Source: Azolla caroliniana (lineage: Eukaryota; Plantae; Polypodiophyta). From it: a stretch of 64,000 nt of DNA. The translations under genes and the position numbers were made by a program. Below are positions 35,489-48,473 of the stretch, piece after piece. The notes under the pieces are model-generated. The model was not told the DNA's origin and searched no databases. It was given only the letters and a program-made list of their open reading frames with translations. Positions within the stretch are counted from its first letter, which is position 1, and each line of letters starts with the position of its first letter. Location of the stretch: NCBI GenBank assembly GCA_043228905.1, contig JBHGNT010000005.1, positions 10,478,001 through 10,542,000 on the forward strand, in the 5' to 3' direction.

Positions 35489-38400
35489 AACCAAAGGGGT
35501 CGCGGCAAACGGGACTGGACCGAACGAGGATAGCGAGCAAGGCGGAGTGACGCCAGGAGAAGTCGGTTGGAAGAATCGACTGCCACAGAGGTGGACACTA
35601 CGACCCCACCTCAGGTTGAGCTTGAGGGGGAGTGTTGAGCGGCAACGTCAACCGGAGCTGGATCGGCTGAATAAGCCGGAGCCGGTAAGCGAGACGGATC
35701 GGGCGAGACGGATCGGTATGACGGTGAGCAACCAAACCGGCAAGCAGTGGAGGCCGGGTGCAATTCGTAACCGGAAGTCCAATCGGAAGCCTAGTATAGG
35801 ATAGACTACTAGGTAGCTATAGTCTCGTAGTAAGTGTCAGATGCTCATGTGAGCATTGAAGTACATGGTACTTCTGTCAGTCCCAAGAGGACTTGTATAA
35901 ATAGTTCTACTTAGCACAGTGTGTATACAGAGTCTTGAAATAATTTTTTGAAATTGTGTTCTGCTCTCTCTGTCTCTCCTTCTCTCTCTCTCTCTCTGTG
36001 TGTGTTGTTCTCTATTTTACGCTTCCGCAAACAGTCATGTTTACACTTGTCCGACAAGGTATTGGTGCATCTTGTACTCCCAAGATGCGAAGTTGTTTCC
36101 ATCCAACTTCTTGGTAGGGAGAGCACTCCCCATTTGAGTATTCATTATGTCGATTCTTCTTCTTCTTCTTCTCTCTTCGAATGCAAGCTATGTAGCGAAG
36201 CTACGATAGCGATGAGCTAGTTCTTGGTCGTCGGCATGGAGCACAACACACGATCACGATGAGGTGAATGGGCTAGATCGAGCTACCAAATCACTCTGAT
36301 ACCATGTAAAGAATCAGGTGTGATTCTTGTGTAGCAGAATAGGTGTGAACTGTGTGTGTGTGTGTGTATGAGAGAGAGAGAGAGAGAGAGAGACAAGGAG
36401 TAAGACACAGAGTATACGCAAGGTAGATTATATTAACAAAAGAGAAAGACTCAACTAAATACAAGGTGGGAGGAGGGTGCTTTCTATAGTCACCCTCTCT
36501 CTTCATTAACTACAAGACTCATGGAGCATGGGGAATGTGCAAGCTCTTAAGTTATGTGTCATAGAATATGATTCTATGACTCATACTAAATGCTAGAATA
36601 CAAAGAGGTGACATAATGGTGACTCTTGACCGTTGGAGTGTCTATTCACTCTCAAGGTGAGTTCACACACTAGACCAAGTTGAGCTTGATTCTCAACACT
36701 AGGCTTTGCTAACTTATACCGCAAGTTTATACAAGATTACTTGAAGATTATTTTAGCTCTCATACAACTTACCAAGAAGGGACAATCATTTCATTGGTCC
36801 AATGAAGCGGACATGGCTTTTATGCATCTTAAGAAAGCCTTTACATCAGCTCCTATTCAAGCTCATGTGGATACAAACAAATCATTCATCATGGAGGGCG
36901 ACACATCGGATTTCGCCCTCAGTAGCATCCTTTCACAACAAAGAGATACAGAAAAGTTACATCCTGTGGCTCTCCACTCACGCAAAATTGATGCCGCGGA
37001 AATTAACTACGAGATACATGACAAGGAGTTATTAGCCATCGTGGATTCGTTTGTGCAATGGCGACACTTCTTAGAGGGCTCTCCTCATCAGGTCATCATC
37101 TTTAGTGATCACAAAAATATTGCTTACTTCCAGAACACTTGTGTACTAAATCGATGACAAGCTCGGTGGGTCCAATTCCTCACGTGTTTTGACTTCAAAA
37201 TCACATATCGTCCGGGGAAGCAGCAAGGAAAAGCAGATGCACTATCGTGACGTTCATATCTTGCACATCGTCCGGCTGATCCAACATTTGATAATCAAAA
37301 GCAAGTAATCTTGGGACCAACACGTTTGCACACAACACGGATTTTTCACACTCCACTGGATTCTCGGATTATTGATGCCGTACGTGCCAACTTGAAGACT
37401 GCCTTCAATTGGACGACAACAAAGAGTACATCTCCAATGCCTTTACCACATACCTTCAACAAGAAGGAATTCGGTGGGAGTTTATTTTCCTACACACACC
37501 TCAGCAAAACGGAGTAGCCGAATGCAAGAACCGGCACATACTTGAGGTGGCAAGGGCAATGATGAATGAGAAACATCTGCCAAAATCATATTAGGCGAAT
37601 CAATAAACAACATCAAGAGTGCACGATGTTACCCCCTACGAAAAGTTCTATGAGAAGAAACCAGATCTATCCCACGTCAAGATATTCAGTTCAATAGCAT
37701 ATGTACATATTCCCAATGAGAAACGGCGGAAGCTCGATCCCAAGTTGGGGAAATGTATACTCATAGGGTACTCACTCAAGAAAAAAGGCTATATGTGCTA
37801 CAACCCTTCCACCAAGAAGGTACGAGTGAGTAGGGATGTCATATTTGACGAGTCAACATCTTGGTATACAGTCGAATTGGCCCCATATGACATAGTCGAA
37901 ACCGAGTTGGACACAGATATGGCGGAGGATGATCGATCAAGGCTCACATAAGAGGAAAGTCCAATCTCAACCAGGTTGAGTGGACCACAAGAGCCTCCAG
38001 GCGACCAAAGCACGTCGCGGCCAAGTCGGAAATTGGACAAAGGCCAATGTAAGATGCCCGAATACGAAGTTGACCACCCCGACGACGGTGATTCGGATGT
38101 GTTGACCCACTCACTAGACAGTGAGTTTGGTCTGCCCATTGTAGGAAATAGCGTGGAATATTGCTCGGCCACAACCGAGTCTTGAATCACTTCAATGAGA
38201 ATCAAACACAGTAATGGGAAATAGGGAGTGAATGCACGTACACACACAAACAAAGATAGAGAACACAGGATGTTTACATGGAAAACCCTAAATAGGGAAA
38301 AACCACATGAGCCCACAAAATCCAAAATATCACTATATGAGAAAGGTACAATCAGAGACTAAAAGGCAACGACCTTGAGCTCTGTATCTTCGGCAAGCGG

Positions 38401-39401
38401 CGGTTACAACAGAGTATCGCTCTATGTGTGTCTCTCTCTATGTCACTTTTCACTTTTTCACACACTATACATGATTGCCCTAAGTCATATTTATACTTAT
38501 ATGACTTTTAGGCTATTTACAAATATAACCTCAGTGGGATTACTCTAACATATTTACAAATATGTCCTTGGATCCGGTTTGCACCGGATCCATCCGGATT
38601 CACTCGATCCGGTTTCCGGGTCTCATCCGAATCCCATCCGGATCCGGTTCCTTCATCTGGCTCGTCCGATCCGACTCTTCCGGTTCTCATCTGGATCCTA
38701 TCTGGAGTAACCAAATTCCCAAAAAACTCCCCCTTCACTCCCGCATGGGATTTCTCGTTAATCCGATCCATCTTCGGCATGCGTCCAGCTTGTCGGTTGA
38801 AAGCACCTTGGTCAGTATATTTGATCCATTCTCCTTCGTGTGGATCTTCGTCAGCACGAAGTCTTGATCTTCTACCTTCTCCCGGAGCCAGTGATATCTC
38901 CTTTGGATGTGCTTGGTCCAGGAATGGTAGGCCGCATTCTTCGTAAGGTGGATGACACTTTGACCGTCGCAGTAGAACCGATATTCCTCATGTAGGATCC
39001 CTAGCTCTCCGATGAAGTCCTTCATCCAGGTTACTTCCTTGCCAACTTCCACAGCTGCCATGTACTCCGCTTCCATTGTCGATAGTGCTACAGACTTCTG
39101 CAGCCTCGACTGCCACGATATGGCTCCCCCTGCATAAGCCATGACATATCCAGATGTAGACCGGCTGGTATCCGCATCAGCCGACATATCCGAATTCATG
39201 AATCCGTCGAGTTGGGGTTTACCTAAGCTGAACGGGAGGCACATACTCGAGGTGCCTTTCAAGTACCGGAGTATCCACTTGACCGCGTTCTAGTGTTGTT
39301 TTCCGGGATTGCTCATGAACCGGCTAACTACTCTGACATCATATGCAATATTTGGCCGGGTGCACACCATTGCATACATTAGGCTTCTGAAGGCAGAGGC
39401 A

Positions 39402-42400
39402 GGTGGCGTATCCCTGTCCGAAAGGACAGGGAATAAATATGATGTAACGGGTGGTAACGACCTCCCTCCTTGGGTTGTAAAAGAGAGGGACATGTGTTCA
39501 CCAAAGGGATCACGTTTTGTGGAGGACGAGGTGCTGCCGGATTGGAACCGAGTGCTTCTCCTCTCCTATGTCGTCTCCATAATCGTTCTATGCAAGTTTT
39601 GGGAGGCTGACCCTGCTCCGCGGGACGCCCGAGTGCTCCCGACAGTGTCTCCATCTCACGTTCTGTTCTCTGTGTGTGTGTGTCACTCGCCGGCTTGCCG
39701 GTTGTAACACCTTGATTTATATATACATAAACATTCGTTTTGTCTCCATCTCACGTCCTATAGCTAGTTGTAATTCCTGTGATTCTACGGGTCTGTGCGC
39801 ATGTGAATTACATCGTTAGCTTCCTTCCCCTCCTCTCATTCAGTTATTTCTTGGTCCGAGGCCCCGGTGGTCCTACCTCGTTCTCCACGCACACGCATAA
39901 CAACGCGAAATATTTGGTGAATCCAACGTGAAAGAGGCGGCAGAGGAATAAAAAGATGAGAGGGTCGGATCTTGCAGAAGCCACGGCTTCGGCTGTGGAA
40001 GGACGCCACGAGCTATTTGGAGGCCTACTAAGCCGAAATGGAGATGAGGGACACCCCGGAGGACAGGCGACTGGCCAAATTCCCTCGGGTGGCGATGTTG
40101 GGCATCCACGTGGAGGTGGTTGACGTACGGGCTGAGAGTTTGAAGGTCAGCTCCCTGAAAAATACAGGCTTGATGATGCGCTTCGGCTGTCGAAGCGGGA
40201 CTTCATGGAATGGGCGGAGAAACGCGTCAGTGCTCCTTTGGGAGTTTGAAGAACTCTTCACACAACTTTCGGCGCTGGACTGGACCATGCTAGACACGAG
40301 TCGTGTCCTATTGTTCGTTAAATCGGTGGACTCAAGGGACCGGGTGCAAGTGGGCTTCCTGCTGGAGACCGATGACGGCCTAACAACCGACTGGGCCATG
40401 GTAAAGAGAGTCTGCTGCCGTTTTGACAAACGGCGTGAGTGGGTCGATAAAGGCTTGACGGGGGCGGGTTCAGTTGCAACAAGGAAGGTCGAGGTACCCC
40501 CACCGGCACGAAGGGAAGAGACCCGAGACTGGCTTGAGAGGACGCGGTCGGCCACGCTTGAAAGGACTGCGGGGACTTCACCGAAGCATTAATAGCTAAC
40601 GTGGTGTAACTATGGAACGGTCGGGTGCACGTTAGCGAGACCTAGAGGGCCCTGGATCTGAATGTCGAATGAGGGGGTATGAAACGACCGATGGAAGATG
40701 TAGCAGCTCGTCACGCGGAGACCGTCCACTACTCGGCGTCGGCTGGAATCCAGGTCGGAAGCGATGAAGCCGGATTCTGGCCGGTGAAGCTGGAAGGCCT
40801 CGCCTGCGTAAGGCTGAAGAAAGAGGAAGCGAACCGCGTGGAAAGATGGGTCTGGGAGGTGACCAGGTGGTGTGACCCAGTCGAAGAGAATAAGGGCTTC
40901 GTGGAAGCCGTGTGCCAAAACTACGAGGTTCTGATGGAAGATAAGTGAGCGGGAAAGCTTGAGGGGGCCGGACCCTCACAATGGTATGAGACCCGGTTTA
41001 GGCTGAAGCAGAGTGATGTCGGTGCATCCGGCGCACGGGACAAGGCCAAGAAGGCCGGTTATCGGTTGAGCACGGAGATCGAAAGGACCACAGACCTACG
41101 AAAGGCCCTCGGGGAACGGATCCTTGACAGCAAAGTGGAGTTGTCACTGAGGGAAGTGCTCGGTATCGCCAAGAAGGAGTTCCACGACTCCATCGTACAC
41201 TTGGTGAAACAGAAAAGGCCTTCGATAGAGCCGGAGCCGGAGAAGCTGGTGGAGGTGCGAATGACGCACCTAGAAGACATGGCCTTGGAGGACGAATTGG
41301 CGGAAAGCCACTACAGGAGGTTACATTGGGCTAGGGCCACTATGGAAACCCTTGTTCGGATCGGGGACGTCCAGGAGCTGGTGGTGGCGTTGGTAGACCA
41401 TGGTTCGGAGATCAACTTGATGTCGATGGACTTCTACAAGAAGGGAAAGTGGCCGATCAACACCAAGCACGGGTGGAAGATACGGAGGAGCTACACGGAG
41501 CCTACCCGAATGTGCGAGTAAAAATCGGTGATGTCGAGATCGACCAACACTTCTTCGTGCAGGAGACCTCCTTGCATCCGGTGATACTCGGAGAACCATA
41601 CATCAAGGCGGCGTGCATGGAGACAAAGGTGTTGGACAACAGTTCGGCATAGCACGAGTCAAGAGCCATGATGGGCGTCACTCGGTCCAGTTCCTGACGG
41701 TGCGACCAAACCATGAGCGTAACCACGAGACCCTTGGTACCGAAAACTGAGGGGAGTTTTAGAGAGGGCTATCAAGGCGTGGGGCCGTGATAGTCCGGAC
41801 ACCCCGGAAAAACACCACAGATGTACTATAGGCGAAAAGACCTGTACCATAGGTAGAAAATTTTGGTTCTCCGATAGCGGAGGTTGTATGATAGCCAACG
41901 TAGTTGGCCGGGAAAAGAAGTGGGCGGAGGAGTGACTTTGGGCATGGGGAGTCCTCAGCCTTGAAGAGGAAATCCATGGAGCCGTGGAGGCGGTCTCTTT
42001 CGACGACACCTTGGGGAAGTTACAGGAGGTGTTCGGAGAAGGCCTTAATGAGGACCGGACGATTCCGGTATGTTCGGAAAAGATGGACGAAGTCATCGCC
42101 GACTTCGGTAGTGGACTCGAGTCGGATCGGATGGCCCGCGTGGATACGAAGTACAAGATTGTGGACCGGAAGGTGAGGCCAGTCGCGGCACCCTTGCCGG
42201 AGGACAATGAGTTACGGATGAAGGGGGTCGCGTCGGACCCATGTTTACGAGATCCGGCGAGCATGGGACACACATTCACCGACATAACGCTACGGGAGCT
42301 CAAGATCGGTGGGGGTGGTTTTCTACTACCGACGGAAGAGGACCAGTTTCGGAGAATGCTCGGGAGGCACGGGAAGGCTTTCGCATTCTCACCGGAGGAG

Positions 42401-44246
42401 ATTGGGTGCGTAGACCCGAAAGTTGTGGAACCAATGGTGATCTTCACGGTACCGCATGTGCCGTGGAATCTCAAACCGATTCCGGTACCCATAGCTCACA
42501 TCCCGAAGTTGTTGGAGCTGCTAAAACAGAAGGTGGAGATGAGCATCCTCGAACCATCGAGTGCCCCATATTCAAATCGGTGGTTTACTGTGCCGAAGAA
42601 GAACGACACACCGCACTTCATATAGGACCTGCGACCGGTCAACAAGGTGACCATTCGAAACGCAAGTATTGGACCGACCATCGATGAGTTCGCGGAGGCC
42701 TTCGCAGGGAGGTTGATCTACTCGGTCAGGGACCTGTACTCAGGGTACGATCAGTTCCAACTAGCCGTAGAGAGCAGGGATGTCACAACAATGCGGACTC
42801 CTCTCGGCCTTGTTCCGATGTGTACCCTGCCGCAAGGAGGAACGAACTCGGTGGCGCACATGGTGAATGTGATGAACAAGGTGTTGAGGAACTGCATCCC
42901 GGACATCACCATGCAGTTTCTAGACGACATCCCGATCAAAGGGAGTTTGGTGGAGGACAAGGACGAGTCGGTCGGGCCCAACGGTTGCCGGAGGTTCGTG
43001 ACGGATCACATCCGCGATTGCGAGAAGGTGCTACAAAGACTCGAGAGTGCGCGACTCACCTTCTTCGGAGAAAAATCAGCCTTCGGACAACCGGAGATCC
43101 TGGTAGTCAGACACCTGTGCGGGCCTTTCGGCCAAAAGCCGTCCCCGGCAAAGGTACAAGCCACCTCCGCGATGAAGGATGATTGCGGGACGGTCACGGA
43201 GGTGCGAAGGATCCTTGGGGCATGTGCGTTCTATCACATTTGGATTCCGCACTACGCGCATGTCGCGGAACCGCTTTACGGGTTGTTGATGAAAGGGCGT
43301 AAATTCGAGAGGAGAGACGAGCACACGGAGTCGGTCCAGGGACTGAAGGAGGCGCTTGCTGCAGCACCGGCTCCCCGAAAAGCGGTTTACGGCAAGGAAG
43401 TTCCCATCTACATGACGGTGGACACAAGCCCGACCAGGATTGGGTGGGTAATCAGTCAGGAGGACAGGGATGACGTATGGTTCCTGATCCGGTTCGGGGC
43501 AAAGGTATTGAGCGAGCGGCAGCGAGGATACACCCAAATCAAGTGCGAGCTATGGGGTATCGTTTCGGCAATTAAGGCTGACAAGGACTATCTGATCGGG
43601 ACGGAAGTGATCATGGAGACGGACTGCCTACCGATTCTGGGTATGGTTTCCGAATGCGCGACTCCTGACCTGGCGATGCTCAGGTGGATCGCGTACATCA
43701 AGTCCCTAAACCCGGAGATACGGCACATCTCCGGAAGGGATAACGCCATGGCCGATATGCTTTCAAGGGCGAGGTTCAGTGACGAGGACGGCATGGTTTC
43801 AGATAACGAAGAAGTCGGTGAGGACTTCTTCGGGTCAGCTAACGTAACAACAAGAAAGGGGAGCACTCCGGCGCTTAACGAATTCGATGAAAGCAAGTAC
43901 GATGGAGAGTGGCTCAAGATCGGCGGCTTCCTGAAGACAATAACACCGGATGCGGCGTGGACGAAGGAAGAGGCCAACCGGATTTGGAAGAATGGGTACC
44001 GATTCTTCCTACGGGACAAGGATGCTGGTACCGGTGGCGGGGAAGAGGATCCAAGCATTCAAAAAGCGGCACGAGGCTGAACCGGGCCCAGACGACCTGG
44101 ATGGCTACAACGACCGGCACGGAACGGATGTCGATACGGAGGATGAAGGATGAGCGTGCGCCGGTCTTCTTCGACAAGAGTCTAATTTTGGCGCATGCCG
44201 GTGGATGCGCGGTTAGGTTGGGGCGGATGTCGTGGAAAAAACCGTC
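39402..44246 (+). mobile_element. Element M: degenerate D-like Gypsy (LTR part to ~39910, degenerate Trp PBS at 39915, gag-PR, RT-RH, integrase core deleted, 3' LTR starting at 44228)
   Basis: LVDHGSEINL, DLYSGYDQFQL and FLDD motifs collinear with D; jump at ~44015 to the IN C-terminus (VAGKRIQAFKKR). Confidence 0.85.
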
Positions 44247-46980
44247 TGTTGAAGCAGCAAGCTCAACTGGAGCCGGATCGGCTGAATAAGCCTGAGCCAG
44301 CAAGCGAGAAGGATCGGTAAGCCAGCAAGCAACAGAGCCAGTGAGCTGGGGAGCCGGTTAGCTGGGTCCAATCAGTAACCGGAAGCCTAGTGTTAGTTTA
44401 GACTACTAGGCAATTATAGTCTCGTAGTAAGTGTTAGAAGCTCGTGTGAGCATTGAAGTACGCAGTACTTCTGTCAGTCCCATGAGCACTTGTATAAATA
44501 GTGCTAGTAAGCACAATTGTAGATGATAGAGGCATATATGTTGAATATAGCTTTTACGTTCTGCTCTTTGTCTCTCCTGCGTACTGTGTGTATTCCCTAC
44601 TTTCTCTGTTTCTAACGCTTTTGCAAGTAATCATTTACATGGTATTAGAGCGCGAGGGTTGAGAACCTCCTTTGCAACCGACAAAGGCTTGACAACAAAC
44701 CCTAACAGGTCGTAAAACAGCAGACAGAGAAGTGATGGATAGAGGGATGGCTAGCTCGCTCCCTGTAGAGAAATTCGACAGATCCAACTATGCATCTTGG
44801 TCATATAAGATGCACCACTACTTGCTTGGGCATGGCTACTGGAGTTTCGTCAAAGGAGCCAATGAAACAACACTTGATGGTGCACATAAGGACTTCCAAG
44901 TCTGGGAACAATCGGCAAGCAGAGTGATGTACTACTTTGTGTCCAGTGTCGGAGACCAGCTGCTGAGCCACATCTGAGACACCAAGACGCCGCAGGAGGC
45001 TTGGGGAAACCTGAAGAAGGTGTTCGCCACGAGCACAACAACCCGGAAGCTGCAACTCCGACAGGAGTTGAGCAATGTCCGACAAAAGGACATCTCGGTG
45101 GCGGATTACACGGCCCGGATCAAAGAGATCTGTGACTCGCTTGCCTCTATCAACGTTACCGTAGAGGAAGACGAGATGATAAAGGTCTGTTTTGGGGGCC
45201 TGGCATCAAAGTTCAGAGCATTCCGGACAGTGGTGTGTACAAGGGAGAATACGCCGTCATTTTTCGACTTACAGTCCATGCTCCTTGTAGAGGAGAACCA
45301 CGCCGGTGCGTCAACTAGTGCACCCACTGACAACCGGATGCTGTACATGGAGGCGGATCGGTCCCGTGGGCGTGGTGGACGAGGCGGGTCGGCACGCAAT
45401 GGAGGCAGCCGGCAAGAGCAAGAACGAAGGCACCGAGAACGTGCCGACAGTAGTCTGCAACGGAATGCTAGTACTGTGGCAAAAAGGGGCACAGAGAAAG
45501 CGAGTGCTGGAGAAAACGCACCGATACGGAGAAATCCGGATCCGGCAAGGCCGGGAAGGATGGCCGGCAAAGCTCGCACTACGCGAAGGGATTAGGAGGA
45601 TCCAAGAACGGTAATGGGCCAACCTTGGTGATGAAGCATGAGGCGAACTCGATGAAGAAGACCACTTCCAAATCGGAGGAAGTCTGGTATGTTGACTCCG
45701 GTGCATCAAACCACATGATGAGCCACAAAGAGTGGTTCTCCTTTTTGGAAAAACCAGATCAACCAGGAGTAGTCGAAACCGGAGACGACACTCCTCACCC
45801 AATCGTGCATGTCGAAGAAGTCCCTTTGAGCCACGTCGGACATAAGGGGAAGTTGATGAATGTATTACACATTCCGACAATCACGAAGAACCTGGTTTCG
45901 GTAGGACAGATCGTCGACCAGGGGATGCAGGTGCGGTTTACGCACCTTGGGTGCTTCATCGAGGAAGAGGGCGAGATTATTGCGCAAGGGCGCAAAGATA
46001 GGAGGAAGTTTATCCTCGACACCAATGACGTTGGCACCGCTCTGTTTGCAAAAGGACAGAAGGTCGAATTGGAGATCGACCTATAGCACAAGCGGATAGG
46101 CCACGTCAATTACTGGAGGCTTCAAGACTTGCAAACGAAACAAGTTGTTTTCGGTTTGTTGGAGTTCAGCGGCCAGAAGGCCCAAGTATGTGAAGCCTGC
46201 CAACTAGGGAAGCAACACCGGCTTCCATTCCCTACCGAATGAAACCGAAGCCGTAACAAGCTCGACCTAATCCATTCAGATGTGTGGGGAGTCGATATTT
46301 CATCTCCTTCATCGACGACTATACGCGGCACACATGGATCTACCTCATTGAGCGTAAGAGTGAAGTCTTTGAGTGTTTCCGGAGTCTCCAAAGCATGGTG
46401 GAACGGGAATCAGAGAGGAAGATCAAATACTTTTCCGGCCAACTCAACAATTATCTGCGGCAAACGGGTATTTGGCGAGAGTTCAACTGCAGATACACAA
46501 CGCAACAGAACGGTGTTGCCGAGAGGAAGAACCGGTCGTTTATCGATGCGGCAAGGGCAATGCTGGCGGAGAAGAGCATGCCCAAATTCTACTGGGCGGA
46601 GGCAGTCCGAACGGCTGTCTACATCCAGAACCGGATTGGTGACAAGGTGTCATCTCACGAGTTGTATTTCGGGCGTAAGCTGAATTTGAGACACCTTATG
46701 ATCTTCAGTAGCATTGCATTTGTGCATGTACTAGATGAGAAGCGGAGGAAGCTGGATGCAAAATGGGAAAATGCATCCTAGTCAGCTATGCTCAAGAGCA
46801 AAAGGGTTATAAATGTTATAACCCCCAGACAAAGTAGGTCCAAGTTAGTCGAGATGTCGAGTTTGATGAATCGGCATCATGGTACTCCTTACTGACTCCG
46901 ACTTCCAAATCTGACCCAATGCTAGTGGATGAGGCTAGTGATCCTGAACCGGCCCAAGTAGAGGATGACGAAGCAATATC
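44247..46980 (+). mobile_element. Element J: F-family Ty1/Copia, 5' half (LTR 44247-44639, PBS 44640-44651, degenerate gag-PR-IN), 3' truncated
   Basis: High similarity to F 13160-16030. Confidence 0.9.
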
Positions 46981-48473
46981 TGTCTTGCCGGACCCAAGTC
47001 TTTCATTGAGAAGGTCCAATTACGATCAACATATCATCCACATAAAGGAGAAGTATCAAGAAATCTCCTTCGTCAAATTTCTTCACAAACATGCAGTGAT
47101 CAGCCTGTGTCTTGTGGTACCCTTGGTCGGTCATAAGGATTTGAACTTCTAGTACCATTGCGTCTTCTTCATGTTCTTCTTCTTCAGTCGGTTTGGTTTC
47201 TTGTCCGTATCCAGCCGGTTCGTCAAGTGTAACCCGGTTGCCGGCTAACATCCGGTTTTCAACCGGGTAGGTCCTTGTGTCCTCAAACTACTTTTCATTG
47301 GATGATCCAGAGTTCATCATCTTTTTCTCCGACTCCCAATCAGCAATGGTCCTGTCTTCCATGAAGACTATGTCCCGACTTCGTAACACCTTCTTGCCGA
47401 CCAGATCCCCCACCTAGTAACCGAACTCATCATCGCCGTATCCAAGGAATATGCATGGCCTGGACTTCGGATCTAGCTTTGCTCTCTTGTCCTTTGCAAC
47501 ATGCACATAGGTGAGGCACCCGAACACCTTCAGATGCTGGTAAGCTGCATCTTTACCGGTCCATACTTTCTGCGGTGAGTCTCCTTCCAAGGGTGCTGAG
47601 GGTGATCTCTTTATCACATAGGTCGTCGTCATCAATGCCTCAACCCAAAACGTCTTGGGTAACTTTGCATGTGCCAGCATGCTCCAGACTCTCTCCATTA
47701 CGGTCCATTTCATCCGTTCAGCCAGCCCGTTCAATTCCGGCGTCTTCGGCACGGTGAATTCGAACTGGATTCCCTGCGACCCGTAGTACTCCTCGAACTG
47801 CCCCCGGTATTCTCCTCCGTTATCTGCTCAAACCGTGTTCAGCTTCCGACCGATTTCTCTTTCCACTCTCGTGTGGAGCTCCTTGAAGACGGATAGCACC
47901 TGATCCTTTGTCTTCAATGGTGAGAACCACAACTTCCGGTTGTGGTTGTCTATGAACGTCACAAAGTACAGCGATCTGGCATGTGACTTCGTGTCTGCTT
48001 GACACACATCATTATGCACCAGTTCTAGTGGTGCATTCCGTCTCATCGTTGGTCTCGACTAGAAGGAGGTTCAGTTTTGCTTGCCGGCCAAGCAATCAGT
48101 GCACTTATCAAGATGCATGTCTTTCACCTCTGGAATGAGGTTATCTTCGGCAAGTCTTCTCATCCCCTTCTAGCTCATGTGACACAGTCTCTTGTGCCAC
48201 AACTCACCGGCAATGTCGGGAACTATGTTCACTTCTTCCCGGCATATCTGGGCATGCATCAGGTACATCGTGTTGATCTTCCGAGCTCGAACCACAATCA
48301 AGCTTCCCTTGCTGAACTTCATGACTGCGTTCGGATGCTACCCATGTAGCCCTCATCATCTAGCCGATCAACTGATATCAGGTTTAACCAAACCTCTGAA
48401 ATGTGTCACACTTCTTTCAACAGCAACTTGCATCCGATTGATGTCGTTAACCACACATCTCCTATGCCGACAA

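Larger units (their letters stand above)
13160..36045 (+). mobile_element. Element F: Ty1/Copia; LTRs 13160-13574 and 35633-36045; TSD CTTGT; contains B, C and D
   Basis: Matching LTRs; TSD at 13155-13159 and 36046-36050; PBS TGGTATCAGAGC at 13575-13586; PPT GAGGGGGAG at 35624-35632. Confidence 0.95.
8738..36698 (-). mobile_element. Element E: Ty1/Copia; LTRs 8738-9121 and 36305-36698; TSD CTAGG; contains F
   Basis: Matching LTRs; TSD at 8733-8737 and 36699-36703; PBS TGGTATCAGAGT at 36293-36304; PPT at 9122-9130. Confidence 0.95.
7014..37405 (+). mobile_element. Element B': older, deleted relative of B (5' LTR 7014-7436, gag, then RT-end/RNase H at 8661-8737 and 36699-37405), split by E
   Basis: LTR and gag homologous to B. 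VQCFLG|FANLYRKFIQ is continuous across E's TSD. PR and most of RT are deleted; no 3' LTR. Confidence 0.85.

Noticed and set aside
41659-42492. This and many other antisense ORFs over pol regions
   Set aside because: Shadows of retrotransposon coding frames.
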